A DNA stretch of 64,000 nucleotides from Geosiphon pyriformis uo1 (lineage: Eukaryota; Fungi; Glomeromycota), in NCBI GenBank assembly GCA_016748015.1, contig JAAOMT010000512.1, forward strand, positions 186,001-250,000, read 5' to 3'. Position numbers and translations under genes: made by a program. Positions 38,301 through 53,266 of the stretch are shown here, piece after piece (position 1 is the stretch's first letter; each line of letters starts with the position of its first letter). The notes beneath the pieces were generated by a model. It saw only the letters and a program-made list of their open reading frames with translations, ran no database searches and was not told the origin of the DNA.

Positions 38301-39226
38301 TTCACTTGCTGAAAGAATTATAATTTTGCAAATAATGTCCCACATTGCATTCAAATCTGAAAATTTCCCAGCTGCCACAAATGTATTTGAGAACATAGAG
38401 GCATTGGCAGTCATATCATCCCTGAACTCAGCCCACTTTAATTCATTCGCATCCTTGACATCAAACTTTCAGCAATCTTTGTTGGCCTGCTTATGTATTG
38501 AAGAAAGCCTTGTGTCTAACAAACCACCCAGACTCACAGAAACAAAAACAGCCTTATGATCAGTATTAAAAAAATCATCAACATCTAACATGTCACAATC
38601 CATGATTGCATTAACCAAGTTAGAAGAAAGAAACACATAATCAATTGTCTTAGCAACACCACAAGAATTGCACCAAGTTGGTAACTTATCAAGAGAACTC
38701 CCACCCAAAGAGTTGACCAAACCCAAATCAAAGCACTTCTTGAAACTGGCACACTTGTGAGATCTGTTTTTATTGAAGTTACTACTGAAAATAACGAAAG
38801 AAAATTTATTCACAGCTCTAGTGATAAGAAAATTAATTTCATCAGCCTGAGAAAAACAAACTGTCAAAGAAGCACCAGCATACAGCTCCAAAATGGAAAC
38901 AGAGAGTCTGTTCCTGAAAAGCAATTTTACTAACAGGAGCCGACTGGGCACCTCTAGAACCTTGCACACATGTTTTGCCAGAGATGAGTCCATAATAATT
39001 GCAACACCAGAACCCATGTGACCAGAATCCAGACCAGAAGTAAAAACACGAACACCAGCAAACCTATCCACAATTCAGAGGCAGATTTTTCCCTTCAATT
39101 TTGTTTCAGTAACAACAAAAATCAGATTATTTATATCATTATGCCAACATACAATGTCCACCTGTTTTGCACAATTGTTCATTCCTCTAACATTGCACGT
39201 AGCAACCTTTCAAGTAAACTCACTTA
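35332..39226 (-). pseudogene. LINE2 ORF2 main part (APE, RT, RNase H)
   Basis: TIDYVF, TDH, QGEVFSP, AFVDDT, VYMDGS, DSQ, WIKVKGHS. Confidence 0.9.
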
Positions 39227-41160
39227 TTGAGAAGAGGGTTGTGGAAGTGTACCAGCAGCCAGAACCAGACTGTCAAAACAAACAGACAAACTCAGCACTG
39301 AAGCAGCAAGGCCTTCCAACATATTTTCCAACTTGACAACATGGGGGAACATGGAAAAATTCTTCACAGTATAAGTAGCAGTAACAATAGCAGCAGCAGT
39401 CTTATCACAAGTGGACTCACCCAAACCCACTCCCATCACTATATCCTTCCCTTGATTCTGTGATAGGGGGGGTCACTGACAGCTAACATCCAGGGCTAGG
39501 CTGGAAAACTGCTGACACAAGTGACTCCAACCTCTTAGCCAACTTACCAATCTGTCCCACAAGGCTGACAAGACTGCTTTCAATGCTGACCAACCATTTT
39601 TCCAAATCATTCACAACAGAAGGAAGAGGTTTACTATTATCAATAGAACCAGAAGAAGGAATCTGTCAATGAGAAGAAACACCAGGAAGAGCACCAATCA
39701 CTGATGCCCAAGTTCTTTCACCAAACAAGGCCAGGTAAGAAACAGGAGCTGATTTCTTTTTATAAATTACAGCCAGACAAACACAATTTTGATCAGAAAC
39801 CACTCATCTCCCATGAACTCCAGAACTCCCACCCACAGAGCAGTTGGCAGTAATATGACCAAAATGTGTACACTGTGTGCAATATGCTAAGCAAAAACCA
39901 GCCCAGCACAAATTCATATTCTTGAAAACTGGAATCAAATCAACAGCAGCCAACTTGGACGTTTTATTCTCAAAACAGATTACAGCACACTGATCATAAA
40001 CATACAAGGAAGGATTACGACCAATAAAATAAGTCTTCCCACCATATGATTCAAGTAAACCAGAGAGATCATGAGCTGTAGTTCCAACAGATAAGGTATA
40101 CAACAATGCCTGATGTTGATCCCTCGATACCCACATTTGTTTATTACCAATTGCCTTTGCCACACGAACAGAATCTTTTCTCACAAGCACAGATCATCTA
40201 ACTACAACCAAATCAGCCATCTCAAATGATTCATATTCCACCAGGGTCTTTTGCCAAAGACTAACAAGCTGCAACTTAACAGAAACAATCTTACTAAACT
40301 TGGAAAACACTGCCTCAATCACTAATCTGGGAAGATTTACTGGAATCTCCTTGACAATTATCTCCTGATCTATATGGCTGTTTACTTTTCTGAGATCAGT
40401 GTTGACAACAACTTTCTTATTGATCACATTAATTTGGCCTTATTTAAACTAAATTCACTTGTGAAAATCAATCTTATGATTCCAGGAAATTTTGAGGGAG
40501 TCAAAGCACCCCCAAAGCCATCAATCTGATAAAAAATTTTTTTTAAAAAAATCAACTTCTCACTGATAGATTTGCCAGATACAGCAGAATGCTCAACATT
40601 CAAAGCAAAAGACTTGGTTGAATCAAAGCTATGAGTCTTCGAGGCACATGACTTAGCCAGTGGTAATTGATTGGATCCATTAAACATACGAGAAGGAAGC
40701 TCCAAAACATTATCAGTATTACTCGCATTATTGAAAGAAGATTTCTTCGGTGGCTGCCCCAAAACATACATTCTCATTCAAGTTTTTTTTGGAGTTGTAT
40801 TGTCCACCATATCATCTGCTTTGGAGTCGTTGGAATCCACGTAACTCATCTCTTCAGCCACCATGTTATTCATGTTTTCAATATCAGACACCCCACTAAT
40901 ACTAGCATTCTCGTTTTTCACTTTGCTACCCCAAGACACCTTGCATTCCATACTGCCAGCTTGTAAGACGTCGATAGGAATAGGACCAGCTGATGAGTTC
41001 ACAGTATTATTGGAAGTCCTAGGAGTCTTAGGTTTCTTGTATGAAAGGCCATGAGAGTACACACTCTTAATACAAGCTTTCTTTTTATTATTAGACTGGG
41101 TCCTCAACTTAGCCAAAACGGAACTAGAACTACCAGCAGATAAGCTTACTAAATCTATCA
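39224..41160 (-). pseudogene. LINE2 ORF1; start approximate
   Basis: TPSKFPGII, IIVKEIPVNLP (RRM-like), CTQCTHFGHITANC. Confidence 0.8.
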
Positions 41161-41303
41161 CGATAAAGGAATATGTAAGAATAGAAATAACTGCAAAAAC
41201 TAAAGATGAGAAATAAAGGGGAAAAGCTATTTCTTTCAGTAAACTTCTTGCTCTTGTCATGATCAGAGGATCGACAAGAGAAAAAAGATCCTCAATAACT
41301 TTT

Positions 41304-44300
41304 ATAATATTATTGAAAATTTTAATATTAATTTTAAAACTATATGATTAATTTAGTTTTAAAAATAGTTTTTAAAACAAAAACTTTTTTTAATTTAAAA
41401 AAATTTAATGTTGTTTTATAATTACAAAAAAACTTTTTTTGTTTTTTGCTTATTTATATATATAATATATACTATTTTATTTTTTAATTTATTTGTTCAA
41501 AAATTAGTAATTGTTCTTAATATTAGTTTAATATATATTTAATAAAAAAATTAATAAAAATATTAATTTTGATTTTAAAAATATGTTGTAAAAAATAAGA
41601 TAAAACAATTTAATAAAAAAGTTAAAACTTTAATATTAATAGCAATATAATTTTAAATAAATTTATAGTATTTAATAAAAAATATAATAATAAAACAAAT
41701 AAAACTAATATAATAAAAAAAAAACTTTTTTTTTATTTTTTATTTTTATGATCACAATTAAACAAAGAGTAAAAAAGTTTTAAACATTATTTTTTTTATA
41801 GTAACTAATAAAATTTCAATAAAAAAAAGTTTTTTTATTATCAAAGCAGCTAAACAAAATATTTTAACAATATTTTTTTTAAATATTAATAGTAAAAAAC
41901 TGTTTTTAGTAAATTTTAAAGCATTTTTTTTATTTTTTGGTTAATAATTTTTTTTCAGTTAAGATTTTTTTTAAGAAACACATAAATTAATTTTAGTATT
42001 GTTTTTATTTTTTCTAAAAGCCCAAAAATATTTAACAACAAGTAATTAATAAATTGGTTTTCTCTATTATTATTACTAATACTATTATTACTTTTTTGCA
42101 AATAACCAAAAAAACAGCAGTTGTTTGTGTCTACTATTGTTATACTAAATTTTTTGGTAGTTTTAGATAAAATCTTGGATAAAATTTTTTTAGTAACAAT
42201 TAGTTTTTTTTAATGTAAATAATAACAACAATAATATATTTTTTAAGATAAATCAAGATTAATTATTAATTATATTGTTAAATATAATGTTTTTTAATAA
42301 AGTATTATTAGTTTTAAAAACAAAACAATTTATTAAATTACTTAATTTTAAAATTTAAACNNNNNNNNNNNNNNNNNNNNTATTTTTTATTTTTATGATC
42401 ACAATTAAACAAAGAGTAAAAAAGTTTTAAACATTATTTTTTTTATAGTAACTAATAAAATTTCAATAAAAAAAAGTTTTTTTATTATCAAAGCAGCTAA
42501 ACAAAATATTTTAACAATATTTTTTTTAAATATTAATAGTAAAAAACTGTTTTTAGTAAATTTTAAAGCATTTTTTTTATTTTTTGGTTAATAATTTTTT
42601 TTCAGTTAAGATTTTTTTTAAGAAACACATAAATTAATTTTAGTATTGTTTTTATTTTTTCTAAAAGCCCAAAAATATTTAACAACAAGTAATTAATAAA
42701 TTGGTTTTCTCTATTATTATTACTAATACTATTATTACTTTTTTGCAAATAACCAAAAAAACAGCAGTTGTTTGTGTCTACTATTGTTATACTAAATTTT
42801 TTGGTAGTTTTAGATAAAATCTTGGATAAAATTTTTTTAGTAACAATTAGTTTTTTTTAATGTAAATAATAACAACAATAATATATTTTTTAAGATAAAT
42901 CAAGATTAATTATTAATTATATTGTTAAATATAATGTTTTTTAATAAAGTATTATTAGTTTTAAAAACAAAACAATTTATTAAATTACTTAATTTTAAAA
43001 TTTAAACCAATCAAATAGAAACTAAATTAATTTTTGCTTCTTTGTTTTTTGGTACTGTTTATAATAGTACTTAAAAAACAATTTTTAGTTATTAAAAATT
43101 TTCTAAGTAACTAATCTTTATTTTAGTGTTTAATATTATTTTTAAAATTAAATTGGTTTTAATAAATTTTTTGTTTTATCTGTTGTCTAATTTTGTTGTA
43201 CTTAAGTTAGTTTTTAAAGACAATATTAAGTTGCTTTATATAAACTTTGTTTCCAAAAAATTTTTGGTTGCTATTGTTAAAGTTTTTATTAGTAATTTTT
43301 TTTTAACCATATTTAAGATTGTAAAATTTTTTGTAATGGCTTTTGGTTTTTTTTTTTTATCTCTGTTGTATTTTGTAATATTTTTTTTAACATATTTTTT
43401 AATAATATTAAATATGTTCTTAGCATTTTTAGTGTTATTATTTTTGTTAAATTAAAACTTATTAACTTATAGCAATATATTATTGTTAATTTTAAGAACT
43501 TTTTTTTTGCTGCTGCTGCTTTTAATAACTAGTTTGTACTATTAAAAAAGAATAACATTTAAAATTTTCTTTTTATTTAATTAAAAAAAAGTTATTACTT
43601 TTCATATTTTTTTTAATGCCAAATTAATTAATCTTTCTTTTAGTTATACTGCTTTTGAAATTAATAATATAGTTTTTTAAATTAGTAATTGTATTTGTTT
43701 TATTTTTTATTTTTTTAATTTATATTGTTGTTAATATTTTGCTGTTATTATATTTAAGTTTTATGAAATATTAAAGCTTGCTATAATAAAAACTGGGATT
43801 TTATACAAGTATTATATCTAATAAAAAACTTCTAAATACTATTACTGTTACAAATATTAAAGTTTGAATTATTTGTTTATTGATTATAAAGTGTCTTTAC
43901 CTATTTTTTTTAAGTTGTTTTCTAAGTTTGTTGTTAATTTTAGATTTTTTGTGTTCTTTTTTATTAATAAAAAATTTTATGCTAAGACTTCTGCTTTTTT
44001 GGCTTCTTTTTTTGCTGTTTTTTTAGTTTTATTTTTTGCTAATTTTTTAGTTAAATTCAAATTAAATTTCTTAAAATCTTAAATCTTCAGTTAAGTCACT
44101 TTAATAAGATCTGTTATTAAGCTTATTAATTTTTTGGTTATTTTAATTATCTGTTTTTTGAATAAAAAAAAATTTGCTTGTTATAAAATTTGCTGTTAAT
44201 AATTTTTCTAATTTCTTAATTGGTAGTTTTAAAAACTTTGTATGTTTTAAATTTAAAATTGACTTTAATAGAATAGATTATAATAAAATACTAACTACAG

Positions 44301-44394
44301 AGTTTTTTTTATTAAGTAAAAATACTATTAAGTATGTTATTGCTTTGTAATATATGTTAAGTGTTAAAACTAAAAATAATATTAAAACAATTAA
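41304..44394. other. Extremely AT-rich decayed repeat relic, possibly a LINE 5' region on + from ~41720
   Basis: tgatcac...aaagagtaaaaaagtttt resembles the LINE2/3 leader; no protein motif recoverable by eye. Confidence 0.35.
41734..43007. repeat. 627-bp direct duplication either side of a 20-N gap (probable assembly overlap)
   Basis: 41734-42360 appears identical to 42381-43007. Confidence 0.85.
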
Positions 44395-44398
44395 ATTG

Positions 44399-47300
44399 TT
44401 TTTTTTTTTTTTTTACATTTATTGAGTAAAATCCAAATGCAGTCTAGAACTATACATTATACAAATAATTTAAACTAGGTGCAAATCATGTTTTTTCTAC
44501 ATGTGACTAGCCACTCAGACCAATTAGAACGACACTATTCACTTATATACACAGAGATCACATTACTGATATCTAAGAGAAACTAACGAGACTTACATAA
44601 TCCAAAACTAACACCATATGCATTGGTAGTACTCAGTAATCTAACCACACCAGCCGAAAGCATCAAAGGAAGACCAGAGACCAAGATAGAAATGGAGCCA
44701 TCATGTGGAATCAGTCCATTCTTTTCCATAAAAGCCTGATGTTTGGCCTGAACCAGCCAAAAGCCTTCCTGGAAAGCAACACACAATTCACATACAAAAT
44801 TCACTATATTTAAACTTGCAACTTCGGGATCCTTAAAGACAGAAACTGACTCATTAAACCACCCACTGAATACAAAGCCCTTATACAAAACAGCACAAAT
44901 ATCCACATTAGCAGCACAATCAAATAGTAACTGAGACACACATAAAGAAAAACGAAATAACCCAGAGCACATCTCCCAAGCAGAAGCATGAGTATCTATT
45001 AACCAAACACGATCAACAACATCAAACAGACAAGAAAAAACATGATCTGAGACTTCAACATCTTCACAAAACAAACACACCACATTGGAATAAAGTCTAC
45101 TATAAAGACACTTACACACAGCAACTGGAAGCCGATGATATAAAGCCTTTATGAAATAAGAACGAAGACCAGCAGTCTGCATATTAGTAAAGCCAGCAGC
45201 CAAGTGGGAATCCAGATGCCAAACCAATGACAACCTGAGCCAATCAATATCAGCATGCAGACTGGTTGCCATAACATGGGAACCAGAACCAATCTCCCAA
45301 CGCACATGATGAATAGAATGGAAAATGTCATGAACAAAATGTCTAGAATTACCAGAAATCACAATATTACCAGCCTTCAAAAATTGTTTACTGATCGAAT
45401 GAGACAAGCGCCAGCCAAATGAAGCTGCAGCCTTAGCAAACATATTGGCACATTTATTACCCAAGACACCAGAGTGACCTCTAACTTTAATCCAATTAAC
45501 CCTTAAATTTTTCTGATGAATGACATTCACTATGTGGTGACATTCAATCCAATAACAATTTCTGAAGTCAGAACCAAGCAACAAAGACTCAGATCTACAT
45601 GCATCCAAAGCTGCCTGGCTGTCCGAAAACAGATCAATCGAACGAGAGGGTGGAATGCACTCTAGAACCAAAGCAATCACCTGCAATTCTGCTATTATAG
45701 AAGACATCAAGCCAGATATCTCAACACCCAAACCCAAATTCACATCTTCAAAATAAGCAGCAGCACCAGCTTTCATATTAACAGTCCCCAAGCCACTCAG
45801 AGAACTGTCCGTAAACACAGAAAGATGAGTAGCATCAACACACAACAAACTATTACTAATGACACCAAACTTATGAGATTGCAAAATACCAGAAGAAGTA
45901 CAAATGGTCTTAAGTAGCAAGTCATCAAGAGAAGGTACCACGCCATCTAAAAAATGAGTAGAAGCTTCAAACCAAGCAGGAACTGGGCCGCGAGAGTCCA
46001 ATTGCTTCCACCTTTTAAAGGTTTTCCAATTAAAATTAACATCATTCCAGTCACGTAGTTGCTCTACAAAAGCAATACCATAGCAGTGGAGAGAAGAAAC
46101 ACACTTATGGAAACAAGGTTCATCAAGAACAAGGAACATGGGCATGTCACCACAAAAACAAAAGACACTTGCCAAAGAGTTGCCCAGGGACAAATCACAA
46201 TCATTAAAAACACAGACAACACCTGCCAAAAAATTGTTCAAAAGATTGACCCCAATATGGACCAGAAACTGCAAAGAGTGGAGAGGATGCCAACTAAGAA
46301 CCTGGAGATTATAAGACCTGTGAGAGAACAAACGGCCTAGAATACCAACAGAATTCGCAAAGAAAACAATGGAAGCTGACTTGCTTTCTGCTTGAACCTG
46401 TTCAAAAGTTTTTAAACCATATAAAAAGAGATGATGAAGTACATCACTGGAGAAATCAAGTGGAAGGCCAAACTTAGACTTCAATCTCTTGCAAATTAAA
46501 GCATCCCACTTATTACACACATTCAGAGGAATGAAGCTGAACTGTGTCTTGTAACAAATAATTGACAAAAGAATGGCAGACACCAAATACACAAACTGCT
46601 TATCCGATATTGCCTTCCATAGAACAAGATTTGCAAAAAACCGCACATCTGAATAAGCTTTGACCAAGCTAGGCTTTGACAAGCCTTCGGTCAACAAAAA
46701 AATACCCAGATAACAATAAGATTTCCTCTTTTTGGCAATAGAAATAGGTAACCCACTAATAGTCAGGTAAGAGTTTATAATCCGACAATTGATAGGAATA
46801 GCCACCGTCTTGTCATTGTTTACAGCAATATCATTGAACCTTAAAAATTCACTAGCTATGTCAAGAATGTATTGTGTAGCAGCCTGGCTGCTACCAACTC
46901 AAATAGTGTCATCAATAAAAGCCCCAGCAGCAAAAAACGAAGTCAATCCAGCCTGAGGGTCCACTTGGCCAGTTTTGGAAATGAAATAAGAGTTCAATTT
47001 ATAGCCATACACACCTTCTTGCCTCTTGACCTTACACAAAAGCAAATCATAGAAAATGCGCCACAGAAGGGGCAAGAAAACTTTGCCTTGGTCCAATCCA
47101 TTATGAACATGATACCCATTAGTTAAACCAAAATCTGTTATTAACCTGTTAACACGACTATTGTGAATACCACCAAAAAATCTAATGAACCTGTCACACA
47201 TCTTAATCCTAATTAGACTTCTCCTGAGATGTTTCCAACCAACTGAGTCATAAACCTTATGCATGTCCTGTAAAACCAGCCAAAGTTCTCTGTTCTTCTC

Positions 47301-50300
47301 CAGGGCATTCTCAATAACAGCACCAACAGCAAAAATAGGGAACTGAGTCATTGTACCTTTTAAAACTGAAAAATTGTCTCCACAAAGAACATTGAAAGTA
47401 CTACAAGCTGAAGAAATTCTATCAGAGAAAACTTTGGAAAGAATCTTGTGGACCATTTCTATCAGAACAATAGGACGCATATTCGTAAGAACCTCTTCCC
47501 ACTCATATGATTTGGGAATCATAGACACCCAAGTCTCTTTCCAAGGTCCAGGAACCAATTTACTGACCAAACAAGCATTCAAGAACACTAAAAGCATGTC
47601 CAAGACTGACTTATCACAGTGTTTTCATAATTTGTTAGAAATGCCAAACAGACCCGCAGCTTTCCCACCAGGAAGATCCATAACAATGGCAAACATCTTA
47701 TCAAAACTAATCGAATACATGACACCAGAAAAGGTACTATCAAACACATAATCCAAAGGCCAGTACTGGTGAGCCCATTTATCAAAAATATCTGAAACCA
47801 CCTCACGTTTTCTGGTCCACCCCTCCATGATTACATCCACCCCAAATTTAACCAAACCAGACTCCAAAATCAACTTGTCATCTATGACCAGATGATCTAA
47901 AACTATCTTGCAAAAAAGACACTCCAACACACTTTTGATTGTACAACCCTTGTCCAATTCAAAACTTTTCATTCTCTTATTAATAGCCAGCTTGATACAA
48001 GAATTCTCAGCATGCTTGAATTCCAACAACTTGAAAGTACAATATGCTTTCCTTGTTTTGGCCAGCGCAGAATAGATAACATCAAAACCAAAACTCTCAA
48101 GAAAGAGAGACTTAACTGTTGAAGCGCCAATGACATTGAGCCTGTTCCACACCTCCAACAAAGAAGCAAAATCATTACTAGAAACCAAATACGAAGCTTT
48201 AACTAACTTGAAAACCAGCAGTTCCAACTTATGAGACCTAGACAATTCCTTGGTAAAAACAACATTGAAATCCTTGAACCAACTTTTTATAAACAAACCC
48301 TCCACTGAAAGAACCATAATCTTACAAACAATGTCCTACATAGCATCCAAATCTGAAAACCTTACAGCAACACCAAACGCATCCAAAACCATAGAAGCAT
48401 TGGCAGCCATGACATTCTTGAATCCCAACCATTTTGCTTCATCGGCATTTTTGATGTTAAATTTCCACTGGTCTCAATTTGTTTGCTTGCAAATAGAACA
48501 CAACTGATTATCCAAAAGTCTACTCAGGCCCATAGATACCAACACAGTCTTATGGTCTGTGTCAAAAAATTCACCAACATCCAAAACACCATGATAAACC
48601 AATGCACCAACCAGATTCAAAGAGACAAACATGTAATTAATAGTCTTCATGATGCCTCTAAAATTCGCCCATATGGGCATTTTAGTCTCCGGACACCCAG
48701 CCAGAGAATTAATCAACCCTAAATCCATGCACTTCTTAAAACTTGCACATTTTCTAGACCCATCTTCATTAAAATCACCACAGAGGATGATGAAAGAAGA
48801 CTCATTAACAGCCTTTGCAATGAGTAAGTTGATTTTTCCAGCCTAAAAAAATTGAACTGCCAACAAAGCACTAGCATATAGCCTCAAAATAGACACTGAA
48901 AATTTATTTTTAAAAAGCAATTTAATGGAAAGAAGCTGACCAGGCACCTCAGAGACCTTGCACACATGCCTTGCCAAAGAAGAATTCATGACGATTACAA
49001 CACCAGCACCCAGATGACCAGAATCTAGACCAGTAGTAAACACCTGAACATTATTAAATTTGTTGGTTAACCAAGGGCAAACCTTTTCTTTAAGTTTTGA
49101 CTCAGTAAAAATAGAAATAAGATTGTTCATGTTTTTGTGCCAGCAAATAACATCATTCTGTTTAGCAGAATTGTTCATTCCCCTAATATTACATGTAGTA
49201 ATCTTTCAGATAAGATCACTTATTGAAAAGGATGCTGTGAACATGCACTACTGGCCAGAACCAAACCATCAAAATGAGCAGACAGACTCAGCACTGAAGC
49301 AGCAAGGCTCTCCAACATATTTTCTAATTTGATGACATGGGGGGATGCAGGCAAGTCCTTGATGATAACAGAAACAGTAGCAGTCTCATCACTGATGGAC
49401 TCATCTGAACCCACATCTATCACTATATTCTCCCCTCAATTCTGTGATGAGGAGGAGAGTCACTGGCAGCTGACATCCAGGGCTAGGCTGGGGAACTGCT
49501 GGCACGAGTGACTCCAACCTCTTAGTCAACTCACCAATTTGTTCTGTGAGGCTGATAAGACTGCTTTTAATATTCACCAAACGTTTTTCCAAATCACTTG
49601 CAACAGGAGGGAGAGGTTTACCAACTTTGTTGGAACCAAGAAGCAAACCAGCACCATGCAAATTGCACACCAGAGGAGCACCAACCACTGACGCCCAAGT
49701 TTTGCCACCGAAAGAGACTGGACGAGTGACAGATGCCTGCTTCTTCTTATAAATACTGGCCAAACAAACACGATCCAAATCAGTCACCACCTTTTTCTCA
49801 TGACCACCAAAATTCTCACCCACTGAACACTCTCCACTGGTATGACTATACTGTTTGTATGCAGCGCAGCGAGCCAGAGAAAGACCAGTCCAGTGCAAGC
49901 TCACCCCCTTAAAAACTGGAACTGAACCAAAGCAGCCAATTTGGAAGTCTCATTCTCAAAACAAATAATAGTGCATCTGTCACACACATATGAGCCAGGA
50001 TTATGGCCAATGAAACATGTTTTCCCACCATAAGACTCTAACAAGTCTGCCAAATCATGAGCAGTTATACCAATCAGAAGAGTGTAGAGCAAAGCCTGAT
50101 GATGGTCTTTTGACACCCACGTCTGTTTGTCACCAACAGCCAAAGCTACTTGCACAGAATCTTTTCCCACAAGAACAGACTATTTAGAAGCAACCAAACA
50201 GGCAACCTCAGCCAACTCAAATTCAATGATGGCTTTTTGCCACAAACCAATCAACTGTATTCTGATGGAAACAATCACACCAAACTTAGAAAACACTGTC

Positions 50301-51278
50301 TCAATTGCTGATTTTGGAAGATCAACAGGAATTTTTTTAATTATCACTACCCAATCCAAACAGATGTTTACTCTTCTTAGATCATCATTAACCAAAATAT
50401 TTTTACTGATTGCCAATTCCTTCGCCTTATTCAGGTTCATCTCAGAAGTAAAGGAGGATCTGATAATCCCAGGAAATTTTAAGGGAGTAGAGGCTCTCCT
50501 AAAACCATTCACTTAATAAAAATTTTTTTTCACACAAATCAACTTATCACTAACAGTTTTCCCAGAAACAGCAGAAAGTTTAATATTCAATGCAAAAAAT
50601 TTCACCGAAATAAAACTCTGAATCTCCCAATCATGTGACATAACTGGCAGCAACTAAATAGATCCATTGAATGTGAAAAAGAAGCTCCAAAACGTTGTCA
50701 GCACCACCCATATCAATGAAAGAAGACTGTTTAGATGGGTGTTCAAATATGTACATTCTCATTCTCAAATTCTTTGGCATAGTATTATTCATTAGTTCGT
50801 CATCCCTGGAAGTGTCAGAATTGACATAGCTTGTTTCTTCCACAATTGTGTTCTTTATGTTCTCGATGTTGGAAGTCTCGCCAACACTCAATTCCTCGCT
50901 GTTCATTTCGCTACCCCAAGATTTCTTTTGGTCATCAATGCCACCATGTAGCATGTTCATGGCCAGAGGGCCAGCTGACAAATCCACAACAACATCAGAA
51001 TCATCAAATTTTTTTGCTTTTTTGTAAGATAGACCATGAGCATAAACACTCTCAATGCACGCCTTCTTTTTAGTGCCAAACCAGATCCCCACACCAGCTG
51101 ATCCAGATGCCAACCCACCAGCAGAAGAGCCTACTGGATCTATTGTCATAAACAGGGGTGTGTGTAAAGAAATAACTGAAGGGAACAAAAGAGAATATAA
51201 GAAAAAGAAGATATTTTTTTGACTACTCTATGCTCTCATTATGGTCAGAGAATCAATGAAAGAAAGAGTTTTTTCAAT
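44399..51278 (-). mobile_element. Full-length LINE3 (same family as LINE2)
   Basis: Poly(A) 44399-44414; ORF1 ~51149-49220; ORF2 ~49222-44535 with APE, RT (AFIDDT), RNase H (VFTDSS, AELQ, DSQAA, VRGHSG) and CCHC; candidate TSD ATTGTTTTTT at 44395 and 51279. Confidence 0.92.
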
Positions 51279-53266
51279 ATTGTTTTTTAGTAAGTTTATT
51301 TTTAATTCTAAAAATTTAAATAGTATTATTAAGAGAATTTGTAAGCTAAATTTATTTTCAGTTCTTTTTGTTTAATATAATGTTGTTTTAACTAATTTGA
51401 GTAACTAATTATGTATAAAAAGCATATAACTTATATTTAATTTATATTACTTAATTTAATATATTGTATTAGATTGTAATTACGCTTTATTTATTAAATA
51501 ATAATATATTATTAAAAAACTAATATTAAAAACATAAATAAAAAATATTAAAATAATTTTAAAATAAAGATATTTAAAACAAATTTGAATAAAAATATAA
51601 TAAAATTTTTTTTTACTTTAATAATAATTTATTAGTTATAAAAAAAGTTATTTTAAAAAAAAACTTTTTTTCTCTTATTTGTTCCAAATTCCCAAAAAAG
51701 AGTCAAAAAAGTTTTTGGAAAAAGTTTTTTTTCACCATTTAGTATGATAAAACCAAACTATTTTTTGATTTTAAGACCACTGTTGGTCCTAGTATTGTCA
51801 TCATAAAGAAGGTTGTTAAAAATTCTGACTTTGGTGGGGGTTTTAAACTTGTCTTGTTAAGGAAAAAGAGGAAAAATAGTGCTTTAGAGGAGAGTATTAG
51901 AAACAAAAAAAAGTCTACTATGGAGCCAAATGGTTGTTCATAAGGTTCTAAGACTGGTGACACTACTGAGTTTGATAACATTGATATGGAAGAAAAGTGT
52001 CTGGTTGAGAAAACTAGCTTTGACTATGATGAGGGTGGTGTTTTTATTGAGGAGGATCCTAATCAGATGCTTAAAAGACCAAGTACTAAAACTAAGAAAG
52101 CATTGGGCAAACTGCTAAGGAAAATAGATTTCTCAGGTCATAATGATATAGATGATGTTCTCTTAGATGGCCTTTTAGAACTTTCTTCTTCTTTAAAGAA
52201 TTTGGTTAATGTTTCTATTAAGAAATTGTTTGTATTAAATATTGAGTTGAATAAGATGGTTGGCAAAACATCTTTGGATAAATGTGCCATAGTTAGGAAG
52301 TTATTTTCAAGAATCAATGGTTTTAAGGAAGTGTCTACTCCCTCAAAATTCTTAGGGATTATCAGAGCAACATTTATCTTCAAATTGAGTCTAATAAAAG
52401 CCATCAAAAAGACTACTGGTGTGAGAATTATGGTAAACATCAATCTTAAAAAATCTACTGGGCATTCAGATCAGGCTGTGGTGTTGAAAAAAATTTCAAT
52501 TGGAACTTCTGTCAAGACTATGCATACTGCTGTGTTCAAGTTTAAAGTAATTAAATCAATTAAGATGCAATTGTTGTGGCTATGGCAAAAAGCAATTGTT
52601 AAATTTGAAGAGCAACATCAGACTAATCTTTTGGCTGCTAAGTGGTCTATCTTTATTAAAAAGGATGCTATTTGTGTGGTTAAGGCAGATCTTGATAAAC
52701 AGATGTGGGATTTGAGAGATTATTATAGGGTGTTGTTCTATACACTGTTTGTAAGAACCAATACTCACAACATCTGGAATTTCATTGGCTCTGTGGATGG
52801 AAAAATGTGTATCATAAATTGCTATCCGATAATATATGTCAGAACCAAATGTGCCATTGTTTGTTTCACTTCCATTGAGTCATTAAAAACTGTTATAAAA
52901 ACTACATCTGTGCTGAGAGATGTCAATCTGCACTGGTTTTATCTGGGTGTTACCAAGTGTGCTAAGTATAAAAAAGTGGGTCATACTTTATTGAACTGCA
53001 GTTTGGATGAAAAAATTTCTTCTAGCCAGTTATCTCATAGAGTTTTATCAGAAGAGAATAAAAGCAGACTAACATCTATCTATGCCAAATGTTCAGCTCT
53101 GATTGCTCATCCTGTATTATTTGATAGTGTTTTTTGGGCCAATATTGTTGGTGAGTCATCCTTCCCTTCTCTTTTCTTCACGAAATAACTTAGTCGGTTA
53201 TGGTTCTTTTTTGGAAAAAAAACCTATTTCACCAGTATCTTTGGAATTAGATAATAGGTTTGCTGC

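Larger units (their letters stand above)
17770..41296 (-). mobile_element. Full-length LINE2 (APE-RT-RNase H-CCHC), interrupted by LINE1 and Gypsy C
   Basis: Poly(A) at 17770-17784; body pieces 17785-17810, 24602-25506 and 35332-41296; candidate TSD AACTTTT at 17767-17773 and 41297-41303. Confidence 0.85.

Noticed and set aside
41734-43007. 627-bp tandem duplication
   Set aside because: Apparently identical copies flank a 20-N gap in otherwise hypermutated DNA; best explained as an unmerged contig overlap.
43126-44082. Hydrophobic F/L/I/K-rich ORFs resembling membrane or mitochondrial proteins
   Set aside because: By-product of extreme T/A richness in decayed repeats; no recognisable motifs.
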